A DNA stretch of 64,000 nt from Candidatus Scatosoma sp. (lineage in GTDB: Bacteria > Bacillota > Clostridia > Christensenellales > Borkfalkiaceae): NCBI GenBank assembly GCA_045542595.1, contig JAZQLI010000026.1, positions 4,732 through 68,731 on the forward strand, given 5' to 3'. A program made the translations under genes and the position numbers. Below are positions 18,974-27,433 of this stretch, piece by piece (the first letter of the stretch is position 1; each line of letters opens with the position of its first letter). The notes under the pieces were generated by a model. It was not told where the DNA came from, did no database searches, and saw nothing but the letters and a program-made list of their open reading frames with translations.

Positions 18974-19501
18974 TTAATCCACCAACGTATCGTAAATGGC
19001 AGAATATAATTCGGAAGCCTTGCTTTCCCAATTTTTATAGATATTTTGTGCCGTTTTCTTATCGGGAACGACAAATTTCAATTCAAGCATCGGTTGTACG
19101 GGCGCAAGTATTTTTACAAATACGGTATACGTACCGTCTACGTTTTGATAATAATCGGCTTTACATTCTTGCCGATTACGCAGTTTGCCGCTATTCTTTT
19201 TTACAAATGCGGAAATTTCGTCGCGAATGCTTTTGGGAATATTAATATAGAAATTATTTAAGCTCTCTCTGCCGTCGCTGGTAATGATATATAACGGTTC
19301 TTCTTCCGCGGAAGAAATACGGCAAATAAATCCGTCGTCAAGGAGTTTTGGGATAAGCTCTACGCAGTCCATATAATTGAGCCACGTATTTCCAGCGGTG
19401 CACATTTCGACAATCGTGCGTTCGGAAAGGGCGCTTTCCATTTTATCAAAAACGAAAAGCACAATCAATTTATTAACGGACGTTTCACCTTGTATTTGCA
19501 T
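18974..19501 (-). CDS. DUF4364-like putative wHTH protein
   Basis: 175 aa with an N-terminal NKLIVLFVFDKMESALSERTIVEMC pattern, as in Clostridial DUF4364 proteins. An AAGGAG RBS lies 9 nt upstream. The assignment is from memory. Confidence 0.5.
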   Translation of the reverse strand: MQIQGETSVNKLIVLFVFDKMESALSERTIVEMCTAGNTWLNYMDCVELIPKLLDDGFICRISSAEEEPLYIITSDGRESLNNFYINIPKSIRDEISAFVKKNSGKLRNRQECKADYYQNVDGTYTVFVKILAPVQPMLELKFVVPDKKTAQNIYKNWESKASELYSAIYDTLVD

Positions 19502-19524
19502 TGCGTATTACTCCTTGTTTCATT

Positions 19525-19552
19525 TAAAAAACCGCGGTAAAATCCCGCGGCT
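19525..19552 (-). terminator. rho-independent terminator after the HPr-like gene
   Basis: The minus strand reads gccgcggga-tttta-ccgcgg followed by tttttt. Confidence 0.5.
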
Positions 19553-19571
19553 TTCTTCGGGTTGGTAAAAG

Positions 19572-19799
19572 TTATACTTCAAATTTTTTCAGCTTTTCTA
19601 ACAATTCTTCACAATCGTCGCTGTATATTTCCACGGTAATCGGTTGGGATAATTCCAATGAAAAAATCCCTAAAATAGATTTTGCATCGACAACGTATCT
19701 GCCGCTTTTAAGTAAAATCTCAAAAGGATATGCTTGCGTAATATTTACAAATTCCTTTACCGACTGCGCCATTTCCAACGAAATTTTCACCGATCTCAT
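19572..19799 (-). CDS. HPr-fold phosphocarrier-like protein lacking the His15 site
   Basis: 75 aa. GRYVVDAKSILGIFSL aligns with the HPr Ser46 region (KSIMGVMSL). The protein contains no histidine at all, so there is no GIHARP-type His. An AGGAGA RBS is present. Confidence 0.6.
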   Translation of the reverse strand: MRSVKISLEMAQSVKEFVNITQAYPFEILLKSGRYVVDAKSILGIFSLELSQPITVEIYSDDCEELLEKLKKFEV

Positions 19800-19965
19800 A
19801 AAACGTCTCCTAACGCGAATGGAATTGCATATATTATAGCGGATAATTTTAATAAAATCAAGATATTTTGCCGAAAAATATTTATTATTTTTTTATTTTG
19901 TGCTATAATGATAACAAATCGAAAAAAACTTGTCTATTTTGCCGAACGGTAAAAAAGGAGCTCTT

Positions 19966-20505
19966 ATGCACGAATACGTAGAAAAAACAGTCCAAAAAAA
20001 TTACGTTTATAAAGGAAAAATATTATCCCTGCGCGTGGACGACGCCTTGCTTCCCAACGGAAAACCCTGCAAGCGAGAAATTGTCGACCACAGCGGCGGC
20101 GCGTGCGCGTTGTACGTAGAAGACAATAAAATATTATTCGTGCGACAATACCGCTACGCCTATGGGGAAAGCGTATATGAACTTCCGGCAGGAAAATGCG
20201 ATAACGGGGAAAACCCTGCTGTTGCCGCCGCAAGAGAACTCGCTGAAGAAACGGGCGTGTTGGCGGATAAATGTACGTTGCTTTTTGAAGTATATCCTTC
20301 GCCAGGCTATACCAACGAAAAAATTTACGTCTACTTAGCAGAAGGTGGGAAACGCCAACCCCAAAAGCTTGACGAAGGGGAGTTTTTAGACGTCGTTTGG
20401 TTGCCGATAGATAAAGTAAAAACTATGCTGCGCTTGGGTGAGTTGAAAGACGCGAAAACGATAATTGCCTTGCAAGCCTATTTTTTACGGGAAAATAAGT
20501 TGTGA
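19966..20505 (+). CDS. NUDIX hydrolase (ADP-ribose pyrophosphatase-like)
   Basis: Nudix box GKCDNGENPAVAAARELAEETG. ATG 19966 lies 5 nt after a GGAG RBS. The TTG start at 19930 is rejected. Confidence 0.8.
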   Translation: MHEYVEKTVQKNYVYKGKILSLRVDDALLPNGKPCKREIVDHSGGACALYVEDNKILFVRQYRYAYGESVYELPAGKCDNGENPAVAAARELAEETGVLADKCTLLFEVYPSPGYTNEKIYVYLAEGGKRQPQKLDEGEFLDVVWLPIDKVKTMLRLGELKDAKTIIALQAYFLRENKL

Positions 20506-20609
20506 TATTTTTTGAAAAACTTCCGTCAAATACTTGACGAAATATCTTTCCTTTGTTATACTATATGTAATATGTTTTTATGACATTTTACAATAAAGGA
20601 AAGGAACAA

Positions 20610-21449
20610 ATGAAAAAATATCACGTTTTATACAATCCGCACGCAGGTTGCGGAACGGGCGAAGCGGAAGCGAAAAAGTTGGAAGAAACGTTAGGGGAAA
20701 TTGCCCTTACGGATATGACGAAAATTGAAGATTACGCTCAGTTTTTTTCACAGTTGAACGACGATGAAGAAGTGGTGGTTTGCGGCGGCGACGGTACGCT
20801 AAATTGTTTTGTCAATCAAGCGGGGGAAGCGGCGCAAACGAAAGCGGTTTCCTATTATGCTTGCGGTAGCGGTAACGATTTTATGCGCGAAGTGCAAACG
20901 GAAGCAGGCAAAACGGTCGCTTTAAACGAATACATAAAAAATTTACCGACGGTAACGGTCAATAATAAAACGTACCGCTTTATTAACGGAATCGGTTTCG
21001 GTATCGACGGATATTGTTGTGAAGAAGGGGATAAGCTGCGCGCCAAGACAAGTAAGCCCATCAATTATACGGGGATAGCTATTAAAGGATTGTTATTCCG
21101 CTACAAGCCTACGGACGCGACGGTGATTGTGGACGGTAAGGAATACCGTTTTAAAAAGGTTTGGCTTGCACCTACTATGAACGGGAAATATTACGGCGGC
21201 GGTATGATTCCCACGCCCGAGCAAAACCGCAACGACGATACACTTTCGGTAATGATATTCCACGGAACGGGCAAATTAAAATCTTTAATGATATTCCCGT
21301 CTATTTTCAAGGGAGAGCACGTAAAGCATACGAAACATATCACCGTGCTTTCCGGTAAGGAAATTACGGTAAGATACGATAGTCCTCGAGCGTTACAAAT
21401 CGACGGCGAAACGATTTCGGGGGTAACCGAATATACGGCGAGAAAATAA
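20610..21449 (+). CDS. diacylglycerol-kinase-family lipid kinase (YegS/DagK-like)
   Basis: The protein begins MKKYHVLYNPHAGCG and carries the GGDGTLN motif. An AAAGGAAAGGA RBS precedes ATG 20610. Confidence 0.8.
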   Translation: MKKYHVLYNPHAGCGTGEAEAKKLEETLGEIALTDMTKIEDYAQFFSQLNDDEEVVVCGGDGTLNCFVNQAGEAAQTKAVSYYACGSGNDFMREVQTEAGKTVALNEYIKNLPTVTVNNKTYRFINGIGFGIDGYCCEEGDKLRAKTSKPINYTGIAIKGLLFRYKPTDATVIVDGKEYRFKKVWLAPTMNGKYYGGGMIPTPEQNRNDDTLSVMIFHGTGKLKSLMIFPSIFKGEHVKHTKHITVLSGKEITVRYDSPRALQIDGETISGVTEYTARK

Positions 21450-21467
21450 AAAAAGACGGCAAAAAAC

Positions 21468-21496
21468 AAAAAGCACGCTTTCATAGCGTGCTTTTT
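21468..21496. terminator. bidirectional rho-independent terminator
   Basis: Stem aaaagcacgct / agcgtgctttt with loop ttcat, between convergent genes. Confidence 0.65.
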
Positions 21497-21536
21497 GCTT
21501 GTCAATGAACAAAATGCAAGGAGAAAAGAAGGGCAA

Positions 21537-21752
21537 TTAACGACAGTTGCAGCTGCAACCACAGTTACAAGGCGGCGTTAAAATCGCCGAAAGCGTGCCG
21601 TTTTTGTATAAGCAGAACAAAAGGGCAACGATAATGGGAAGACCGCAACCGCTGAAGATATTCGAGCAGAAAATCCCGTCTTTCGAACCAAGTACAAGCA
21701 AAGCGATGAGAATCCAAAGGGTTACGTTATTACCCTGACAACAACAATTCAT
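21537..21752 (-). CDS. 71-aa cysteine-capped two-helix membrane microprotein
   Basis: A strong AGGAGG RBS lies 8 nt before the ATG. The sequence is MNCCCQG, two hydrophobic helices, then PPCNCGCSCNCR. Eleven of 71 residues are Cys. No family was recognised. Confidence 0.55.
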   Translation of the reverse strand: MNCCCQGNNVTLWILIALLVLGSKDGIFCSNIFSGCGLPIIVALLFCLYKNGTLSAILTPPCNCGCSCNCR

Positions 21753-21914
21753 AAAAAACCTCCTGTGTTTCGCCGCAGGGGTATGTATTTTGCTCCGAAA
21801 CGGAAAATTGCCTGCGGTTTTGTCTTTCTATTACATAATATTCAAAAAAACGTGTAATTGTGTAACGAAACAAACGTTTCCGTGAAAAAATAAGAAAAAT
21901 TCCCTTTCATTTTG

Positions 21915-21943
21915 TTGCCTAAATTAAAAAAATGCGTTATAAT
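21915..21943 (+). promoter_or_regulatory. sigma-A type promoter for the ECF-S/coaX unit
   Basis: TTGCCT, a 17-nt spacer, then TATAAT. This leaves a leader of about 100 nt before ATG 22051. Confidence 0.55.
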
Positions 21944-22050
21944 ACTAATATGTTTGCACGGGAGATACGTTTTTGCGGTCTTACCTATACGGCAAATAAA
22001 TACTTATTTTTTCTACGGGTATCTTAACAGAACTCGATGGAGGTTTTTTT

Positions 22051-22650
22051 ATGAAACGCGATATTTCGCATACGGTAGCCTTTATAGGCTTAATGACCGC
22101 TTTAATGGCGGTCGTGCTCACTTTGGAAACGTACGTGTTTATTTATTTTATTAAACCGTCTCCTGCGTTTTTATCCATTCCGCTTTTTATAGCGTTGTCT
22201 ATGTATGGCGATTGGAAAAACAGTTTTATCGGTGGTACGGTATTCGGTTGTTGTTCGTTCGCACTTTCGTTTATCGTTGGATACACCGTTTTTTATAATC
22301 CGCTTATCTCGGTATTGCCGCGAACGTTAGCAGGGGTGGCAGGCTATTTTATTTTGCACGGACTCACCGTTTGGACGAAAGGCAAAGCCAAAGACGGAAC
22401 GCGTATGCTTGCAGCGGCGCTTACGGTATTGCTCCACACCGTTTTGGTGCTTGGCGCGATGGAAATTTTTTCTTCGGGCGGCGCGTTTATAGATACCGTT
22501 TGGCAGGTGATTATCGGAGTGAATTTCTTGGCGGAATTTGCTTGTTCGATATTCTTGACTCCCGTATTCATTCGCATTATGAAAAAGTATACGAAAACGC
22601 CTGATTTAATTCCTTTGCGCGCAAAGGTTGAAAGAGAGAAAAAACAATGA
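22051..22650 (+). CDS. ECF transporter S (substrate-capture) component, candidate pantothenate-specific PanT
   Basis: 199 aa with about six TM helices and an S-component-like profile. A GGAGG RBS is present. The stop overlaps the coaX start (ATGA). The substrate assignment comes from genomic context only. Confidence 0.65.
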   Translation: MKRDISHTVAFIGLMTALMAVVLTLETYVFIYFIKPSPAFLSIPLFIALSMYGDWKNSFIGGTVFGCCSFALSFIVGYTVFYNPLISVLPRTLAGVAGYFILHGLTVWTKGKAKDGTRMLAAALTVLLHTVLVLGAMEIFSSGGAFIDTVWQVIIGVNFLAEFACSIFLTPVFIRIMKKYTKTPDLIPLRAKVEREKKQ

Positions 22651-23432
22651 TTATTTGCATAGATATAGGAAATACCAACATAAAATATGCCATTTACGAC
22701 GGGGACGTTTTAAAATTATCCTTCCGTGTGGCAACCGATTTAAAAAAGACTTCGGACGAATACGGCGAACAGCTGACGGGTATGTTAGAATCGCAAGGGG
22801 TAAAAACGAGTAACGTAACGGGCGGCATTATGTCGTCGGTCGTGCCTTCGCTCGATTATACCATTGATAAAATGTGCGAAATCTACTTGCATATTAAGCC
22901 GTTGCATATTGCGCCCGGCTTGAAATCGGGGTTGAATATTCGCTGCGACGACGCAAGGGAAGTGGGCGCGGACAGAATTGTCAACTGCGTTTCGGCTATC
23001 GTTAGCTACGGCGAAAATAAACCTATGATAGTGGTAGATTTTGGTACGGCAACCACGTTTAATATTATCAGTGAAAATAACGAATTTATCGGCGGGGTTA
23101 TTGCTCCGGGCATTAAAGGCTCGCTCGATTCGCTTGTCAACGGTACGGCGAAATTACCGCGAGTGGAAATAGAAGCACCCAACAGCATTATCGCAAAAAA
23201 CACGATAACGAATATGCAAGCAGGTATCGTATTTGGGTTTGCGGGCTTGGTAGAATATATCGTAAAACGTATCAAACGGGAAATGAAACGTTCGGATATC
23301 AAAACGATAGCAACGGGTGGTTTTAGTACCGTTATTTCCAAAGAAGTAGAATGTATCGACGTGGTGGATAAACTACTCACGTTAAAGGGCTTGAAATATT
23401 TATACGATTTAAATACCCCCGAAAAAGCATAG
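22647..23432 (+). CDS. coaX: type III pantothenate kinase
   Basis: MIICIDIGNTNIKYAIYDG, DFGTATT and ATGG motifs. Length is 261 aa. Confidence 0.9.
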   Translation: MIICIDIGNTNIKYAIYDGDVLKLSFRVATDLKKTSDEYGEQLTGMLESQGVKTSNVTGGIMSSVVPSLDYTIDKMCEIYLHIKPLHIAPGLKSGLNIRCDDAREVGADRIVNCVSAIVSYGENKPMIVVDFGTATTFNIISENNEFIGGVIAPGIKGSLDSLVNGTAKLPRVEIEAPNSIIAKNTITNMQAGIVFGFAGLVEYIVKRIKREMKRSDIKTIATGGFSTVISKEVECIDVVDKLLTLKGLKYLYDLNTPEKA

Positions 23433-23486
23433 GGCAGGTATGTAACGAAACAAAAAAACGTAATGTTTTTCGTAAGGAGTTAGAAT

Positions 23487-24779
23487 ATGATTAAAAAAGT
23501 AGGCGTAGCTATTTTAGGACTTGGCGTCGTGGGCGGCGGTACGTATCAAACGTTGGTTGAGCATCACGATTTTTACGTGCAAACGCAACAGGTGGATATC
23601 ACGGTAGAGAAAGTACTCGATTTAAATTTAGAGCGCTTGAAACAACTTGGCGTGCCCACGGAAGCAATCGCAAAAAATATAGAAGAAGTAGTGGCTTCTC
23701 CCAGCGTAGATATCGTCATTGAAACGATAGGCGGTATCGGTGTAGCAAAGGCGTTTGTAACGGCGGCGCTTCGAAACGGAAAGACGGTTGTAACGTCGAA
23801 TAAAGAACTCATTTGTAAATTCTCGCACGAGTTAGAACGTTTGGCAAAGCGCAATCATTGCGGCTTGTATTATGAGGCGAGCTGCGTCGGCGGCGTGCCT
23901 ATTATCCGTACGCTTTTAGACGGCGTGCAGGGCAACCATATTCAAAGTATGATGGGTATCGTCAACGGTACGACCAACTACATTTTGACGAAAATGACGT
24001 ACGAAGGCGCGAACTACGCCGACGTATTAAAGGAAGCGCAAAAGCTCGGTTATGCGGAAGCAAATCCTTCGGCAGACGTCGACGGATTCGATTCTATGTA
24101 CAAGCTTTCCATTTTGTCGTCGATGGCGTTCCATACGAAAATTCCGTATACGAAAATTTTCCGCGAAGGTATCTCGGAAATCAGCGTAGAAGATATCGCG
24201 CACGGTAGAGAGCTTGGTTATACGTTAAAGCTGTTGGCAATCGGGAAAAAGAACGGCAAAACGGTGGAGGTACGCGTACATCCCACGTTTATCCCGCACG
24301 AACATCCGCTTGCCGGCGTGAACGATTCGTTCAATGCAGTGTACTTAAACGGCGACGCCGTAGGCGACGTTATGTTATACGGTCGCGGCGCAGGGGCGTT
24401 GCCTACCGCAAGCGCAGTAGTTAGCGACGTAATTTATGCGGCTACGCACTCCGAAATAAAATATTCCACTTTTAAAAACAATGCGACGGCGGATACGGAT
24501 ACCAAGTTTGTTTCCGATTTTGCAAGCGCGTACTATTTACGCCTTTCCGTAACGGATAAAGCCGGCGTACTTGCCAAAATTTGCGGTATGTTCGGTAAGC
24601 ATAACGTTTCCATCGTCAAGGTTTCGCAACTGCCCAAGGCAGACGCGGAAGACGATAAGGCGGTTACGCTTATTATCGTTACCCATAAAACTACCGAAAA
24701 CAGCGTGAAAAACGTTGTGTCGAAAATCAACGCGTCCACTTTGGGTAGAGTAGATTCGATTATCCGCGTAGAACAATAA
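23487..24779 (+). CDS. hom: homoserine dehydrogenase with C-terminal ACT domain
   Basis: N-terminal Rossmann motif VAILGLGVVGGG, the catalytic-domain motif NGTTNYIL, and a C-terminal ACT domain (YYLRLSVTDKAGVLAKI). Confidence 0.9.
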   Translation: MIKKVGVAILGLGVVGGGTYQTLVEHHDFYVQTQQVDITVEKVLDLNLERLKQLGVPTEAIAKNIEEVVASPSVDIVIETIGGIGVAKAFVTAALRNGKTVVTSNKELICKFSHELERLAKRNHCGLYYEASCVGGVPIIRTLLDGVQGNHIQSMMGIVNGTTNYILTKMTYEGANYADVLKEAQKLGYAEANPSADVDGFDSMYKLSILSSMAFHTKIPYTKIFREGISEISVEDIAHGRELGYTLKLLAIGKKNGKTVEVRVHPTFIPHEHPLAGVNDSFNAVYLNGDAVGDVMLYGRGAGALPTASAVVSDVIYAATHSEIKYSTFKNNATADTDTKFVSDFASAYYLRLSVTDKAGVLAKICGMFGKHNVSIVKVSQLPKADAEDDKAVTLIIVTHKTTENSVKNVVSKINASTLGRVDSIIRVEQ

Positions 24780-24846
24780 TTTTAAACCAAAACGATACAA
24801 GAAAGAGAGGCTGTATACGCCTTTCTTTCGCATTTAAAGGAGTACT

Positions 24847-26130
24847 ATGCTTACGGAAGAAAAGAGCCGTCAATACGTACAAATACTCAAAGAAGAGTTA
24901 ATTCCTGCAATGGGCTGTACCGAGCCTATTTCCATTGCCTACGCGGTGGCTAAGGCGAGAAGCTTATTTACGAAAACGGGAGAAGAACCCGTCCGCGCGC
25001 GGTTGGAAGTAAGCGGCAACATTATCAAAAACGCAAAAAGCGTTACCGTACCCCATACGGGCGGTATGCGCGGTATTCCGTCGGCGTTTGCCGCAGGACT
25101 TGTGGCTGGCAATGCGGCAAAGGAGTTGGAAACGCTTTCTTCCGTTACGGACGAACAAATAGAACAAATGCAACGGGTACGGGATACCTTTCCTTTGGAA
25201 ATTATAACCCCCGAAACGTCGCGCGTGTTTGATATTGCCGTAACGTTATATTCGGCAAATCACACTTCGTACGTGCGTATTGCCGACGCCCATACCAACG
25301 TTGTCTGTATGCGTTTCGACGGGGACACGTTATTTGAAAAAACGCTTGAAAGCGAATCGCAAAAAACGGATAAAAGCGTACTCAACGTAGAAGATATCCT
25401 TGCGTTTGCAAACGAAGTGGACACGTCGACAGTATCGGAAACGCTGCAACGGCAAATCGATTATAATATGGCAATCGCGGAAGAAGGTTTGAAAAACGAT
25501 TACGGGGCAAACGTGGGCAAAGTGCTGCTCCGTAGTTATCAACCGGATATCAAGATAACGGCGAAAGCGTACGCGGCGGCGGCAAGCGACGCCCGTATGA
25601 ACGGTTGCGAATTACCCGTCATCATCAATTCGGGTAGCGGCAATCAAGGCATTACGGCTTCCGTGCCCGTTATCGTGTATGCACGCGGTTTACATCTTTC
25701 CAAAGAACGGCTTTATCGCGCACTTTGCGTTTCTAATTTAATTACAATCCATTTAAAAAGCGGAATCGGTACGCTTTCGGCATATTGCGGAGTGGTATCG
25801 GCAGGTGCAGGCGCGGCGTGCGGTATAGCCTATCTTTTAGGCGGTACGAAAAAGGAAGTTTCGCATACGCTTGTCAATGCACTCGCCATTGATTCGGGAA
25901 TTATTTGCGACGGAGCAAAAGCCAGTTGCGCGGCGAAAATTGCAACGGCGGTAGAAAGCGGACTGTTAGGGTTACAAATGTATTACAACGGCAACCAGTT
26001 TTTTGCAGGCGAGGGAATTGTCAAAAAAGGAGTGGAAAACACCATCAAAAGCGTAGCAAGGTTGGCGCAAGAAGGAATGAAAGAAACAGATAAAGAAATA
26101 TTACGGATTATGCTGGATACCGAAACGTAA
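24847..26130 (+). CDS. UPF0597 / L-cysteine desulfidase (YhaM/CyuA-like, serine dehydratase alpha-like) family protein
   Basis: The N-terminus has PAMGCTEPISIAYA. Length of 427 aa is typical of the family. Confidence 0.75.
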   Translation: MLTEEKSRQYVQILKEELIPAMGCTEPISIAYAVAKARSLFTKTGEEPVRARLEVSGNIIKNAKSVTVPHTGGMRGIPSAFAAGLVAGNAAKELETLSSVTDEQIEQMQRVRDTFPLEIITPETSRVFDIAVTLYSANHTSYVRIADAHTNVVCMRFDGDTLFEKTLESESQKTDKSVLNVEDILAFANEVDTSTVSETLQRQIDYNMAIAEEGLKNDYGANVGKVLLRSYQPDIKITAKAYAAAASDARMNGCELPVIINSGSGNQGITASVPVIVYARGLHLSKERLYRALCVSNLITIHLKSGIGTLSAYCGVVSAGAGAACGIAYLLGGTKKEVSHTLVNALAIDSGIICDGAKASCAAKIATAVESGLLGLQMYYNGNQFFAGEGIVKKGVENTIKSVARLAQEGMKETDKEILRIMLDTET

Positions 26131-26140
26131 AAAGGATAAG

Positions 26141-26176
26141 TAAGCGGATTGCACGCACAATCCGCTTATATTTTTT
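26141..26176 (+). terminator. rho-independent terminator
   Basis: An 11-bp stem taagcggattg / caatccgctta with a 6-nt loop, then tatttttt. Confidence 0.7.
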
Positions 26177-26237
26177 AAAATACACACAAAAGTGGTAAAT
26201 TATTTATAAAATAATGTTGAAAAACCCTTTAAAATCC

Positions 26238-26267
26238 TTGCTTTTTTATAGTCGAATGTGGTAAAAT
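26238..26267 (+). promoter_or_regulatory. sigma-A type promoter for the serC-serA-his block
   Basis: TTGCTT, an 18-nt spacer, then TAAAAT with an extended -10 TG. Confidence 0.5.
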
Positions 26268-26337
26268 ATGTGCAATCAATATTTTTGATTAAACAGCCTT
26301 ATGTATTCAATTTTTTTGTTTATAGGAGATAGATGAT

Positions 26338-27429
26338 ATGGAAAGAGTATTTAACTTTTCGGCAGGACCTTCAATGTTACCCGAAACAGTATTAAAGCGC
26401 GCGGCAAGCGAAATGCTTTGCTATGAAGACAGCGGTATGTCCGTAATGGAAATGAGTCATCGTTCACCCGTGTATGAAAAAATTATTGCAGATGCTGAAG
26501 CGTTGCTGCGTAAAGTAATGCAAATTCCCGATAATTACAAGGTATTGTTTTTACAGGGCGGCGCGTCTACGCAGTTTGCCGCCGTCCCTTTAAATCTTTT
26601 GAGAAAGAGCGGTAAAGCCGATTATATTCTTTCGGGGCAATTTTCCACGAAAGCCTATCAAGAAGCGCAAAAATACGGGGATATCGTAGCGGTAGCTTCG
26701 TCGAAAGATAAAAATTTTTCCTACGTACCAAAGGTAGAGAAATCTGCTTTCCGCGCGGATGCCGACTACGTGCATATTTGTTTCAACAATACGATATACG
26801 GCACGAAATTCCCGTATATTCCCGATACGGGGGATATTCCGTTGGTGGCGGATATGTCGTCGTGTATTTTAAGCGAGCCGTTCGACGTTTCCAAATTCGG
26901 GGTTATCTATGCAGGGGCGCAAAAAAATATGGCGCCTGCAGGGCTTACGGTGGTTATCATTCGTGAAGATTTGTTAGGGTATGCGCGCGCGGAAACGCCG
27001 TCTATGCTCAACTACAAATTGATGGCGGATAACGGCTCTATGTACAATACGCCGCCGTGCTATTGTATCTACGTTGCCAAGCTTGTATACGAATGGATTT
27101 TAAGCCTTGGCGGTTTAGAGGAGATGAAGAAGCACAACGAAAGCAAAGCCAAGCTTTTATACGATTATTTAGACGGGCAAAACTATTACAAGGCGCCCGT
27201 GGAAAAGGAAAGCCGTTCAATGATGAACGTAACGTTCGTTACGGGCGACGAAGCTTTGGATAAAAAATTTGCGTCCGAAGCGAAAGCGGCTGGCTTGCAT
27301 AATTTGAAAGGCCACCGTTCGGTGGGCGGTATGCGTGCTTCCATTTATAACGCTATGCCGAAAGAAGGCGTGGAAAAATTAGTGGAGTTTATGAAAGCGT
27401 TTGCAGCGACAAACCCCAAAGGAGAGTGA
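26338..27429 (+). CDS. serC: phosphoserine aminotransferase
   Basis: FNFSAGPSMLPETVL N-terminus and a class V aminotransferase pattern. Length is 363 aa. Confidence 0.9.
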   Translation: MERVFNFSAGPSMLPETVLKRAASEMLCYEDSGMSVMEMSHRSPVYEKIIADAEALLRKVMQIPDNYKVLFLQGGASTQFAAVPLNLLRKSGKADYILSGQFSTKAYQEAQKYGDIVAVASSKDKNFSYVPKVEKSAFRADADYVHICFNNTIYGTKFPYIPDTGDIPLVADMSSCILSEPFDVSKFGVIYAGAQKNMAPAGLTVVIIREDLLGYARAETPSMLNYKLMADNGSMYNTPPCYCIYVAKLVYEWILSLGGLEEMKKHNESKAKLLYDYLDGQNYYKAPVEKESRSMMNVTFVTGDEALDKKFASEAKAAGLHNLKGHRSVGGMRASIYNAMPKEGVEKLVEFMKAFAATNPKGE

Positions 27430-27433
27430 AAGT

